Assembly: GCA_944377315.1 (NCBI GenBank)
Contig: CALWEM010000011.1
Coordinates: 1,897 to 65,896, forward strand
Direction of reading: 5' to 3'
Source of the DNA: an uncultured Clostridia bacterium
GTDB lineage: Bacteria > Bacillota > Clostridia > Christensenellales > UBA1242
Length of the DNA stretch: 64,000 nt
How positions within the stretch are numbered: position 1 is the stretch's first letter; the number at the start of each line of letters is the position of its first letter. The notes beneath the pieces were generated by a model. The model had not been told where the DNA came from and made no database searches. It saw nothing but the letters and a program-made list of their open reading frames with translations. Below, piece by piece: positions 10,197-18,980 of the stretch. Position numbers and translations under genes: made by a program.

Positions 10197-10215
10197 CCAT
10201 ATTTTCAAAATCTAA

Positions 10216-11502
10216 TCAATTTTCTTCGCCCGCAACTTTTGGCAACTCTTCTTCGCGTTTGACAAGAGTTGGTTCGCCTTCACCCGACATAAATTCTTTG
10301 GTGATAATAACTTTTCCATACACTTTTGGGTCTGGAAGGTCAAACATAAGTTCGGTCATACGCGTTTCCATTATTGTTCTGATACCACGCGCACCAGTTT
10401 TAAGTTCAATTGCCTTTCGTGCCACAAAGGAAAGAGCCTCGTCTTCAAATTCAAGTTCAAAGCCGTCCATCTTGAAAAGTTCGGTGTATTGTTTTATTAA
10501 AGCATTTTTTGGCTCAACCAAAATTTTCTCGAGAGCATGTTCATCCAAATTTTCAAGCCCAGTGACGATTGGCAGACGACCAACAAATTCTGGAATCAAA
10601 CCATACTTAATTAAATCATCTGGTTGAACATCTTTAGAGTAATTTATCTTTGCTCTTTCTGAAGAGTTCTTGATTTGAGCATTGAAGCCAAGTGATGATG
10701 ACGCCATACGCTTATATATGATATCATCAAGCCCAACAAATGCCCCGCCACAAATGAAAAGTATGTTTGTGGTGTCGATTTGGAGCATTTCTTGATGCGG
10801 ATGTTTTCTTCCGCCTTGTGGTGGCACGGAAGCCACAGTGCTTTCAATGATTTTCAAAAGAGCTTGTTGGACTCCTTCACCACCAACATCACGAGTGAGA
10901 GAGCGGTTTTCACTTTTTCTTGAAACCTTGTCAATTTCGTCAATATAAATGATTCCACGCTCTGCTTTTTGAATGTCATAATCGGCATTTTGGATAAGTT
11001 TCAACAAAACATTTTCAACATCTTCGCCAACATACCCCGCCTCTGTCAAAGTTGTGGCATCAGCACAAGCAAAAGGAACATCCAAAATTTTGGCAAGAGT
11101 TTTGACAAGAAGAGTCTTTCCAGAGCCAGTTGGTCCAATCATAAGAACATTGCTTTTTTCAAGTTCAATCGGATTGTTGCCTTTTTTCTTTGCATTGTCA
11201 AGTTTTGTGTGATAATTATAGTTAATTCTCTTATAGTGGTTAAAAACAGCAACCGACAAAACTTTCTTTGCTTGTTCCTGACCAATAACATAATTATCCA
11301 AACTCTTTTTAATTTCCTTTGGTGAAGGAATTTCTAAATCTTTGAAAACCTTGATTTTGATGGCTTCTTCCTTGATAATTTCCGCACAAACGCGAACGCA
11401 ATCATCGCAGATATAAACATCACCACGAGGATTTGCAATCAATCTTTTTGCTTGTTTTTGCAGTTTGCCACAAAATGAGCAAACAACTTCAGTATCTCTC
11501 AT
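10216..11502 (-). CDS. clpX: ATP-dependent Clp protease ATP-binding subunit ClpX
   Basis: N-terminal C4 zinc finger (CSFCGK...CDDC), Walker A GPTGSGKT, and IIYIDEIDK. Confidence 0.95.
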   Translation of the reverse strand: MRDTEVVCSFCGKLQKQAKRLIANPRGDVYICDDCVRVCAEIIKEEAIKIKVFKDLEIPSPKEIKKSLDNYVIGQEQAKKVLSVAVFNHYKRINYNYHTKLDNAKKKGNNPIELEKSNVLMIGPTGSGKTLLVKTLAKILDVPFACADATTLTEAGYVGEDVENVLLKLIQNADYDIQKAERGIIYIDEIDKVSRKSENRSLTRDVGGEGVQQALLKIIESTVASVPPQGGRKHPHQEMLQIDTTNILFICGGAFVGLDDIIYKRMASSSLGFNAQIKNSSERAKINYSKDVQPDDLIKYGLIPEFVGRLPIVTGLENLDEHALEKILVEPKNALIKQYTELFKMDGFELEFEDEALSFVARKAIELKTGARGIRTIMETRMTELMFDLPDPKVYGKVIITKEFMSGEGEPTLVKREEELPKVAGEEN

Positions 11503-11520
11503 ATAACCTCATTTTATTTC

Positions 11521-12114
11521 TTATTTGTTTTCTTGCTTTCTTGTGTAGAAAATATTGTCAATAAGACCATATTCTTTTGCTTCTTCAGCAGACATAAAAT
11601 TATCTCTGTCAGTGTCTTTTTCAATAACTTCGAGAGTTTTTCCAGTGTTCTCACTCAAAATTTGATTGAGTTGCTTTTTGGTTTTTTGAATATGTCTTGC
11701 TTGGATTTCGATGTCACTTGCTTGACCTTGTGCACCGCCAAGTGGTTGGTGAATCATAATTTCACTGTTTGGAAGAGCAAAACGCTTTCCTTTTGTACCA
11801 CTTGAAAGAAGAAAAGCACCCATCGAAGCAGCCATTCCAATGCAGATGGTGGAAACATCGCATTTGATGTATTTGATTGTGTCATAGATTGCCAATCCGG
11901 CGCTGACAACGCCACCTGGGCTATTGATATATAGATATATATCTTTGTCTGGATTTTTTCCTTCAAGATAGATGAGTTGTGCAATGACAATATTTGCCGA
12001 AGCATCATTGATTTCACCTGTCAAAAAGATGATTCTGTCTTCCAAAAGGCGGGAGTAGATGTCATATGATCTCTCATTTGCGCCAGTTTGGTCAACGACC
12101 ATAGGTACTAACAT
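11521..12114 (-). CDS. clpP: ATP-dependent Clp protease proteolytic subunit ClpP
   Basis: [11 protein letters not shown] catalytic Ser context and IMIHQPLGG. Confidence 0.95.
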   Translation of the reverse strand: MLVPMVVDQTGANERSYDIYSRLLEDRIIFLTGEINDASANIVIAQLIYLEGKNPDKDIYLYINSPGGVVSAGLAIYDTIKYIKCDVSTICIGMAASMGAFLLSSGTKGKRFALPNSEIMIHQPLGGAQGQASDIEIQARHIQKTKKQLNQILSENTGKTLEVIEKDTDRDNFMSAEEAKEYGLIDNIFYTRKQENK

Positions 12115-12147
12115 ATTTTTTCCTCCTAAATTTTTTTCGTTTATTTA

Positions 12148-13419
12148 TTAATCTTCTTGAATAATTTTGTTGTTTTTCTTCAAAAATTCATAAGCCTTTG
12201 CGAGCAAAACATTGTTTTCAGCATAGATTCTGTCATCTCTTGTCAAATCTTTCTTATGTTTTAATTCTGGCATTTCCTTAATTTTGTCTTCAATTTCTTT
12301 TTCAGTTGCTGTTATGTTGTTTTCTTCAATGATTTGTCTAATGATATATCGAGTTTTGATGCCATCAATCGCACGAGGCTCCCAACTTTTGCGATATTCA
12401 GCCAAAGTTGTGCCCATACGAGAAAGATATTCATCAAGTGTGACTTGGTATATTTCGCACGCTTCACGAATTTGTGAAATATTGTTTTCCACTTCATTTT
12501 CAATGAGAGTTTGTGGAATTGACATTTTAACTTCTTTGATGAGATGTTTCAAAATATCGTGCTTAACATCAGTGTCAGCTCTTTCAGCTTTCATAGAATG
12601 AATATGCTCTTTTACGTGTTTTTTATACTCTTCAACCGTTTCAAATTCTGTCGTATCAGAAATAAATTTGTCATCAAGTTTTGGAAGGATTTTTTCTCTG
12701 ATATCTTTGATTGTCACCTTGAAAAGTGCCTTTTTGCCAGCATATTCATCAGCTGGATAATCGTCTGGGAATTTGACATTCACATCAACATTGTCACCTT
12801 TTTTCTTGCCAACAAGTTGTTCTTCAAAATTGTCAATAAAAGATTGAGAACCGAGTTCAAGGTCGAAATCTTGTGCTCTTCCGCCTTCAAATTCCACTCC
12901 ATCGATTGAGCCAACAAAATCAATAATCAAAGTGTCGCCCATTTTACTTTCACGATTAACACTCTTAAACTTTGCATTGTCTTCAAGCAAGTGATGAATT
13001 TCGTGTTCAATTTCCTTTTCTGACACTTTTGTGCTTGCTTCCTTGAATTCAAGTCCAGTGTATTTTGGAAGTTCAAATTCTGGCATAACATCAAATTCAA
13101 TTGTGAAAGTGATGCCATCGCCAACGATATACTCGCCAAGTTTCACATTTGGATATGAAACTGGTTCAAGTCTGCCGTTTTCGCTCAAAAAATCGCTGAG
13201 AGTTTTTCTGATGAAATAGTTTAAAGTGTCTTCATAGAAAATATCATCCCCATATTTTTGTTCAATCACCTTTCTTGGTGCGTGGCCATTTCTGAAACCG
13301 ACCACATTAAATTTTCCTCTGGTGTCTTTGTAAATTTTTTCAACACCATCTTGCCAATCTTTGTCATCAATTTTGACATTAATGGTAACCTTTGTGTCTT
13401 TAACTTCAAAGTCAAACAT
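12148..13419 (-). CDS. tig: Trigger factor
   Basis: N-terminal ribosome-binding motif GFRNGHAPRKV, central FKBP-like domain, and the tig-clpP-clpX order. Confidence 0.9.
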   Translation of the reverse strand: MFDFEVKDTKVTINVKIDDKDWQDGVEKIYKDTRGKFNVVGFRNGHAPRKVIEQKYGDDIFYEDTLNYFIRKTLSDFLSENGRLEPVSYPNVKLGEYIVGDGITFTIEFDVMPEFELPKYTGLEFKEASTKVSEKEIEHEIHHLLEDNAKFKSVNRESKMGDTLIIDFVGSIDGVEFEGGRAQDFDLELGSQSFIDNFEEQLVGKKKGDNVDVNVKFPDDYPADEYAGKKALFKVTIKDIREKILPKLDDKFISDTTEFETVEEYKKHVKEHIHSMKAERADTDVKHDILKHLIKEVKMSIPQTLIENEVENNISQIREACEIYQVTLDEYLSRMGTTLAEYRKSWEPRAIDGIKTRYIIRQIIEENNITATEKEIEDKIKEMPELKHKKDLTRDDRIYAENNVLLAKAYEFLKKNNKIIQED

Positions 13420-13697
13420 AACTTTTTCTTCTTCCTTTTGTTAGATTTTTTGTTAAGTGGTTTCAAAATCTTAAGTCGAATATTTTTCACCATTAACAAA
13501 ATTATGCTAATTATAGCACAGATTTTTGGAAAAAGCAAATATAAATGAAGAGATTTTTTGTCTTCTTGCTTTTATTCGTGTCGAAAATTGTCTAAACTTC
13601 CAATTTCCAAAATTTTTTGGAAAAAAGCAAGCAAAAATCTCGATTCAAATTTTCATATTCAAAAAGTCACTTTTTCGGCATTTTTGGTATATATAGA

Positions 13698-13718
13698 GTA
13701 GTATGCACTGCATACCAC
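13698..13718. repeat. 21-bp near-perfect palindrome GTAGTATGCA-C-TGCATACCAC
   Basis: 9 of 10 arm positions pair. Its right half TGCATACCACA (13709-13719) is identical to 56920-56930. Confidence 0.85.
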
Positions 13719-13730
13719 ACAAAATATTGT

Positions 13731-14780
13731 CTAATTTTCGTAAAAAGAATTGGTTATCTTAACTTTCTTCGCCACACCTTTTCGCATATCTTCGCCAATC
13801 GCTGCATAGTGTTTTTTCGTTGTGTTGACATCTTTATGCCCCAAAACATCAGCCACAATATATATGTCATTTGTTTCTCGATATAAATTTGTGCCAAAAG
13901 TGGAACGAAGCTTGTGCGGAGAAATTTTTTTGAGCGGATTTGACTCTCTTGCAAACTTTTTCACCAAATTTTCAACTGCACGCGTGCAAATACGCCTGTT
14001 TTGAAGAGAAATGAAAAGAGCCTTTTCATCATCGCCAATCGGCAAAGTTTTTCTTATGTCCAGCCACTCCATAATGGCATATTTGACTTCGTTTGGATAA
14101 TATAAGATTGCTTGGTTTCCGCCTTTTCTTGTCACTTTGAAGGCATTTTGCGTCAAATCAAAATCGTCCACATTGAGTCCAACAAGTTCGCTCACTCTTA
14201 TGCCTGTGCCTAAAAAGAGAGTGACAATGGCATTATCGCGGATTTTGGTGTTTTTGTTATAGTTTTTTTGGCGTTCTGTGAAAGTGGTTGGAGTTTGAAC
14301 AGCGTCCAGCATTCTTTCAACTTCATCGCTTTCAAGACGGATTATTTCCTTGCTGTGCAATTTTGGCGTTGGAACTTTGCTGACAACATTTTTGCTTATT
14401 TTGTCGTGATTGAAAAGGTATTTGAAAAAACTGCGAACACTGGCAAGTTTCCTTGCTTTACCATTTTCAGTGTTACGATAAACCTTGCCGTCAATCTCAT
14501 AGAAAGATAGATACGACAAAAAACTTTCAATGTCGCGGGCTTGCAAATTGTCAAGATCAGAAAGTGAGATAAGTTTCTCATTTTTTTTGAAGACATATTT
14601 TGACAAATAGTCATAAAAAATGGAGATATCCATTGCGTAATTAAGTCGAGTGAGCGAAGAAGTGTTGAGTTCAATCCCAGTGAAAAAATCATAGCAATAG
14701 TCGGGCAAATTTTCAAGATATCCCCCGATTTTTTCCATATTCTTCAAATCACGCTTTTCAAAATATGACAAACTTTTCAT
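13731..14780 (-). CDS. Tyrosine site-specific recombinase, XerS/XerC-like
   Basis: Catalytic signature GTGIRVSELVGL (Arg), HKLRSTFGT (His-x-x-Arg), LGHKDVNTTKKHY (His/Tyr). N-terminal SAM-like domain is laid out as in XerS. Confidence 0.8.
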   Translation of the reverse strand: MKSLSYFEKRDLKNMEKIGGYLENLPDYCYDFFTGIELNTSSLTRLNYAMDISIFYDYLSKYVFKKNEKLISLSDLDNLQARDIESFLSYLSFYEIDGKVYRNTENGKARKLASVRSFFKYLFNHDKISKNVVSKVPTPKLHSKEIIRLESDEVERMLDAVQTPTTFTERQKNYNKNTKIRDNAIVTLFLGTGIRVSELVGLNVDDFDLTQNAFKVTRKGGNQAILYYPNEVKYAIMEWLDIRKTLPIGDDEKALFISLQNRRICTRAVENLVKKFARESNPLKKISPHKLRSTFGTNLYRETNDIYIVADVLGHKDVNTTKKHYAAIGEDMRKGVAKKVKITNSFYEN

Positions 14781-14786
14781 ATTGAT

Positions 14787-14815
14787 ATTATATCAAAATC
14801 ATAAAGAAATTGCAA
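14787..14815 (-). promoter_or_regulatory. Sigma-A-type promoter of the recombinase gene (leaderless configuration)
   Basis: Minus strand reads TTGCAA, 17 nt, TATAAT (14787-14792), then 6 nt to ATG 14780. No Shine-Dalgarno. Confidence 0.5.
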
Positions 14816-14945
14816 AGATTTTACGCATAGTTTCAAAATTTCTTGATGAAAAGTGAAAATTTGAAATTGATTCTAAAATATATAAACCAATTTTTGCTTA
14901 TACTTAAAATTTTGTTTCCAAACTCCCTTCAAAAAGATTTTAAAC

Positions 14946-16103
14946 TCACACCATCCAGTCAGTGTAAACACCATAACCTTTTGTTGGATCGGAAAGGAAA
15001 ACGTGAGTCACAGCACCCACAATTTTGCCATTTTGCATAATTGGCGACCCACTCATTCCTTGAACAATGCCACCAGTAAGGTTCAAAAGTCTTTTGTCTT
15101 TCACGCGAAAAACCAGACTTTTGTCGTTCGCTTTCTTTTGATAGTTGACTTTTATGATTTCAATTTCATATTCTTCTTTGATGCCACTTATGTCGCTCAC
15201 AATGAAAGCCTTGCCAGGTGTCACCGAATATCTCCCGCCAACCTTGGCTGTCAAATTTTCATCAACAAGTCCATTTTTGTTTGTCAAAACTCCTTTGATG
15301 CCAAATTTGTTGTTTAATTCAATCGTTCCCATATTTTTCTTTGCTTGCACAAAAACACAGCGAAGTTGTCCCGGCTTGTTTTTTTCACCTTTGGTTATTC
15401 CGATGAGATTGCAAGAATAAACATTTCCGTCACACACCGGCACAACACTCCCACCTTTATCTTCCACAATCGCGTGTCCCAGTGCTCCATATTTCCCCGT
15501 TTTTGTGTTCACAAAAGTGAGTGTTCCAACGCCAGTAACATTATCTTTGACCGTCAGTCCAAGTTTATATTTACCTTTCTCATTCTTGACTTTCAAAAGA
15601 GTTTTGAGTTCCTTGTTTTTTCTTATGAACGACACTTCAACTTCATCTTTATCCTTCAAAACACTTTCAAAGTCTTCAATTTTTGAGAATTCCACTCCGT
15701 CAATCTTGGTGATGATATCTCCTTCCTTAATGCTCGGATTTTCATCATCGTCAATCACAATTCCGCCGTCTGAATATATCGAAAGTCCAATCGGCGAGCC
15801 ACCAATATAATAATCATCATCACTCGCCAAAACAACCGAAACTTTGCGAATTGGAATGAAGCCAAAAAGTTTGAAGATGATTTCACCGCTTGTCGACTTT
15901 TCCAAACCAGTTTCTTCTTCTTTTTTGACAAGTTCGCCATCAATAAAATTTCCAAACAAATTATTTTTGTTGGCGTTTTCAATGTCTTCATAACTAACAA
16001 GAAAATTATCTTCAATTGAAAAAACATCAAAAACCGGCACAATAATCATCATCAAGGTCAAAACACAAAGAAATGAATAGTATATCCAGAAATTTTTTCT
16101 CAT
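14946..16103 (-). CDS. spoIVB: SpoIVB peptidase (S55 family, sporulation signalling protease)
   Basis: N-terminal TM helix and PDZ-like region, catalytic contexts GTLTFVN..GKYGALGHAI and GMSGSPIMQNGKIVGAVTHVFLSDPTKGYGV. Confidence 0.85.
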   Translation of the reverse strand: MRKNFWIYYSFLCVLTLMMIIVPVFDVFSIEDNFLVSYEDIENANKNNLFGNFIDGELVKKEEETGLEKSTSGEIIFKLFGFIPIRKVSVVLASDDDYYIGGSPIGLSIYSDGGIVIDDDENPSIKEGDIITKIDGVEFSKIEDFESVLKDKDEVEVSFIRKNKELKTLLKVKNEKGKYKLGLTVKDNVTGVGTLTFVNTKTGKYGALGHAIVEDKGGSVVPVCDGNVYSCNLIGITKGEKNKPGQLRCVFVQAKKNMGTIELNNKFGIKGVLTNKNGLVDENLTAKVGGRYSVTPGKAFIVSDISGIKEEYEIEIIKVNYQKKANDKSLVFRVKDKRLLNLTGGIVQGMSGSPIMQNGKIVGAVTHVFLSDPTKGYGVYTDWMV

Positions 16104-16108
16104 TTTTC

Positions 16109-16137
16109 TAGTATCTTTAAAAACAAAAATTTTATTC
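16109..16137 (-). promoter_or_regulatory. Putative forespore sigma-F/sigma-G-type promoter of spoIVB
   Basis: Minus strand reads GAATA, 17 nt, GATACTA (compare the sigma-G consensus GHATR-N17/18-CATxxTA), ending 5 nt before ATG 16103. Confidence 0.35.
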
Positions 16138-16248
16138 CAATTGGCGACTATTATATATATAAATAACTTATAAATAAAACCAAATCCTATTAAAAAATGC
16201 GTATATTAAAATATTTTGTAAAATTTACAAAAAATATGTCGATAACAG

Positions 16249-16277
16249 TTGCATTTATTTTTTATTTGTGATAAAAT
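16249..16277 (+). promoter_or_regulatory. Sigma-A-type promoter of the Rho-like gene
   Basis: TTGCAT, 17 nt, TGaTAAAAT (extended -10). An AAGGAG RBS lies upstream of ATG 16317. Confidence 0.55.
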
Positions 16278-16316
16278 CATCTGCGTAGCGAAAAATTAAT
16301 AAAATAAGGAGTTAAA

Positions 16317-17483
16317 ATGTCTAAAACACAAGTTACTTATGAAAATCTAACAAGAGCACAAGAGAGAAGTTACAACCTTATTGTTGGACTTGGAATCTAT
16401 GAATTGCGTTCCATTGCCAGAGTTTTTGGTGATAATTCTCCAACAACTTCAAAACGCAATGACCACATCAAATTTATTATGGACAAAATCATTTCAGGCG
16501 AAGATTTGCAACCAATTCCAATTCGTCAAGGTCGTCCATACAAAATTTTGTCGAATGTTGAAAGTATTTTGGAAGAATTGTCCGCCATCAATGGCAAAGA
16601 CTACACTCTCAAATCTCTCACAAACAAGCAAAATGACAATGTTCGTGCCATCGGTTTCAGACAAGTGGAAATTGACATTGTCAAACAAAAATTGTTCCCA
16701 ATAAAAGTTAGAGGCGTGGTGATTAATCACAGCGTTAACAATTTTTATTTGACAAGCGAAAACATTGATGTTTTGATTGAGAAAAAGACTTTTCCAAATC
16801 TCGAACAATTCGACTATGTTGAAGGCACAGCCGTTATTATGAACGAAAACAATGAATATATCTTGGACGAAGTGGAAAGAGTGAATTTCACCGACATTCA
16901 AAAATATTCCTCAAAAATTATCTCCCAAGAGTTGGTTTTGCCATCGAAAAAAATATCACTTTCTTCAAAGGAAGCAGTTTTGGGACAAAGATACCTCATT
17001 GGTGCAAGCAAATTGACTGACAATCTTGAAAACTTGAAGAAAATGGTGTCAGAATTCAAGAAGAATAACATCGTGACAATGGCACTTGTTGCAAACACAA
17101 TGTTCGATGACTATCTCCTTCTTCAAAAAGCACAATTTGACAACCTTTGCGTTTTGAAATTTGATGATAAACCAGCTGACTATTCCAAGAAAATTAACAT
17201 TTTCATCAATCAAGTGAAACGCTTGAACGAAATTGGAAAAAGCGTGGCAGTTTTTGTGCAAGACATCGTCACAATCATTCATATTCTCGACTCATATTAT
17301 GATGGTTCAGCGAAAACATATTTCAATCACACTGAAGAAACTGCGAGCCTTGTGAAAGATATCATTATGCTTGCCAAAGCGACTTCATCAATGACCACCA
17401 CACTTTTTGTGACAAATGATGCGACCGACAACAATGACCTATTATATATGACATTTGTCAACAAAGTTTCACACAAATTATAG
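16317..17483 (+). CDS. Rho-like protein with degenerate ATPase motifs (Rho_N-like, OB/CSD-like and RecA-like core; lacks the Rho C-terminal ~70 aa)
   Basis: By-eye colinearity with E. coli Rho. IKVRGVVINH..YVEGTAVIMNENNEYILDEVERVN matches the Rho RNA-binding domain. FDDKPADYSKKINIFINQVKRLNEIGKSVAVFVQDIVTI matches [39 protein letters not shown]. The Walker A position reads GQRYLIGASKLTDNL, with no GKT. Confidence 0.5.
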   Translation: MSKTQVTYENLTRAQERSYNLIVGLGIYELRSIARVFGDNSPTTSKRNDHIKFIMDKIISGEDLQPIPIRQGRPYKILSNVESILEELSAINGKDYTLKSLTNKQNDNVRAIGFRQVEIDIVKQKLFPIKVRGVVINHSVNNFYLTSENIDVLIEKKTFPNLEQFDYVEGTAVIMNENNEYILDEVERVNFTDIQKYSSKIISQELVLPSKKISLSSKEAVLGQRYLIGASKLTDNLENLKKMVSEFKKNNIVTMALVANTMFDDYLLLQKAQFDNLCVLKFDDKPADYSKKINIFINQVKRLNEIGKSVAVFVQDIVTIIHILDSYYDGSAKTYFNHTEETASLVKDIIMLAKATSSMTTTLFVTNDATDNNDLLYMTFVNKVSHKL

Positions 17484-17493
17484 AAAATCGAAA

Positions 17494-17526
17494 AGTTAAA
17501 TCTCAAAAAGATTTGACTTTTTTTTC
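17494..17526 (+). terminator. Rho-independent terminator after the Rho-like gene
   Basis: 9-bp stem AGTTAAATC/GATTTGACT (one G-U pair), 7-nt loop, then an 8-T run. Confidence 0.7.
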
Positions 17527-17556
17527 TTTATTTCATATACTCATATAAGGTGAAAT

Positions 17557-18399
17557 ATGACACTCATTTCAACTGGTTTTGATTTTTTGGGATTGCATAT
17601 AAATTATTATGGATTAATAAGCGCATTGGGATATCTGATGGGCGTGGTTATTGTTTGCCTTGTGGCAAAAAAACGCGGTTTCACCACGGACGACATCATT
17701 CTCCTTGCTTGCTATGTCATTCCACTTGCCATTATTGGTGCAAGATTATACTATGTTCTTTTCTCGCTCGACCAATTCACAAATTTCTGGCAAATTTTTG
17801 AAATTTGGAAAGGTGGACTGGGCTTCTATGGCGGTCTTATCGGCGGAACAGGCGGTGTTATACTCTTTTGTGCAATTCACAAAAAGAATTTTTTGAAACT
17901 CGCTGATATTGTGGTTTTAGGCCTAATTTTCGGGCAAGGAATTGGTCGCTGGGGAAATTATGTCAATCAAGAAGCATTTGGTTTCTATATCACCGATGAA
18001 AATCTTCAATGGTTTCCATTCGGAGTCTATATTGAAAATTGTCATCAGCAAGGTTGTGAATGCCCTGGATACGGCTGGCATCTTGCCACCTTTTTCTATG
18101 AGTTTGTCAATAATATGGTCATCTTCGCCATTTTGACCATTCTTTTATATAAAGTCAACTTCAAAAGTAATGGCATAATCGCAGGATGCTATCTCATTAT
18201 GTATGGCTTCTGCCGTTTTGTGGTGGAAGGCTTAAGAATGGACAGTCTGATGCTTGGACCTTTCAGAATATCACAACTTTTGAGCGTTATTTTCATTATT
18301 GTTGGTGTCACCTACATTGTCACCACATATATCATAAACAAAAGAAAAAAAACCTCGTTTGACATAATTATGGATGTTTTGAAAAATGATTTGAAATAG
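17557..18399 (+). CDS. lgt: Prolipoprotein diacylglyceryl transferase
   Basis: Polytopic membrane protein with Lgt motifs (GARLYYV, WKGGLGFYGGLIGG, GQGIGRWGNYVNQEAFG). Confidence 0.9.
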   Translation: MTLISTGFDFLGLHINYYGLISALGYLMGVVIVCLVAKKRGFTTDDIILLACYVIPLAIIGARLYYVLFSLDQFTNFWQIFEIWKGGLGFYGGLIGGTGGVILFCAIHKKNFLKLADIVVLGLIFGQGIGRWGNYVNQEAFGFYITDENLQWFPFGVYIENCHQQGCECPGYGWHLATFFYEFVNNMVIFAILTILLYKVNFKSNGIIAGCYLIMYGFCRFVVEGLRMDSLMLGPFRISQLLSVIFIIVGVTYIVTTYIINKRKKTSFDIIMDVLKNDLK

Positions 18400-18440
18400 A
18401 ATTTCCACTTTCTCAAAATAAAATCTTAAGATATCACAAA

Positions 18441-18980
18441 TTGAATAAGCCAACAATTTTGAGAAATATTAAATATATGCGTGGAAGAATAAACGGCATC
18501 AAAAAAACATACATTTTGCGAGGACTTTTGGTGTCCTTGTCACTTATATTTCTCATATTTCTTTTTTTTGATATTTTCATCCTGCCTAAAAAGACTCTTT
18601 GGTTTTATTGTTTTTCTCTTTTGTTGGGAATTTATGAAATTTCAAAAAGTCGCCTATTTAAACTCGACAGCGGTTTCTATCTTGGCAATTTTCTCTTTTT
18701 CCTTGGCGTAAGCGGATTTATTTTCACACTAACCAAAACTGCGAACTTTTGGTATTTATATCTCATTTTTGATTTCTTTCTTGCATCCTTTTTCACATTC
18801 ATAGTCTGTGGGCAATATTTTCATCTAATTTTTGATTATTCGCTATTTTTCTTGCTTGTTTTCTCCACTTTTTACACATTTTCCATCATAACATTGGCGA
18901 TTTTTATTGCTTTTTTGGTTACTTTTTTGGTATTATTTATATTGATAATAGTTCTAAACTTTTTAAGGAGGAAAAAATGA
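18441..18980 (+). CDS. Hypothetical polytopic membrane protein
   Basis: ORF rich in Phe/Leu with about 5-6 predicted TM helices. Stop overlaps the next start (ATGA). Start uncertain: TTG 18441 or ATG 18477. Confidence 0.45.
   Translation: MNKPTILRNIKYMRGRINGIKKTYILRGLLVSLSLIFLIFLFFDIFILPKKTLWFYCFSLLLGIYEISKSRLFKLDSGFYLGNFLFFLGVSGFIFTLTKTANFWYLYLIFDFFLASFFTFIVCGQYFHLIFDYSLFFLLVFSTFYTFSIITLAIFIAFLVTFLVLFILIIVLNFLRRKK

Noticed and set aside
10100-10200. Plus-strand promoter-like TTGAAA-17-TGATATAAA with a 12-codon mini-ORF upstream of the clpX terminator, as a possible sRNA or antisense unit
   Set aside because: It rests only on sequence resemblance in AT-rich DNA. The mini-ORF has no RBS, and the hairpin is adequately explained as the clpX terminator.
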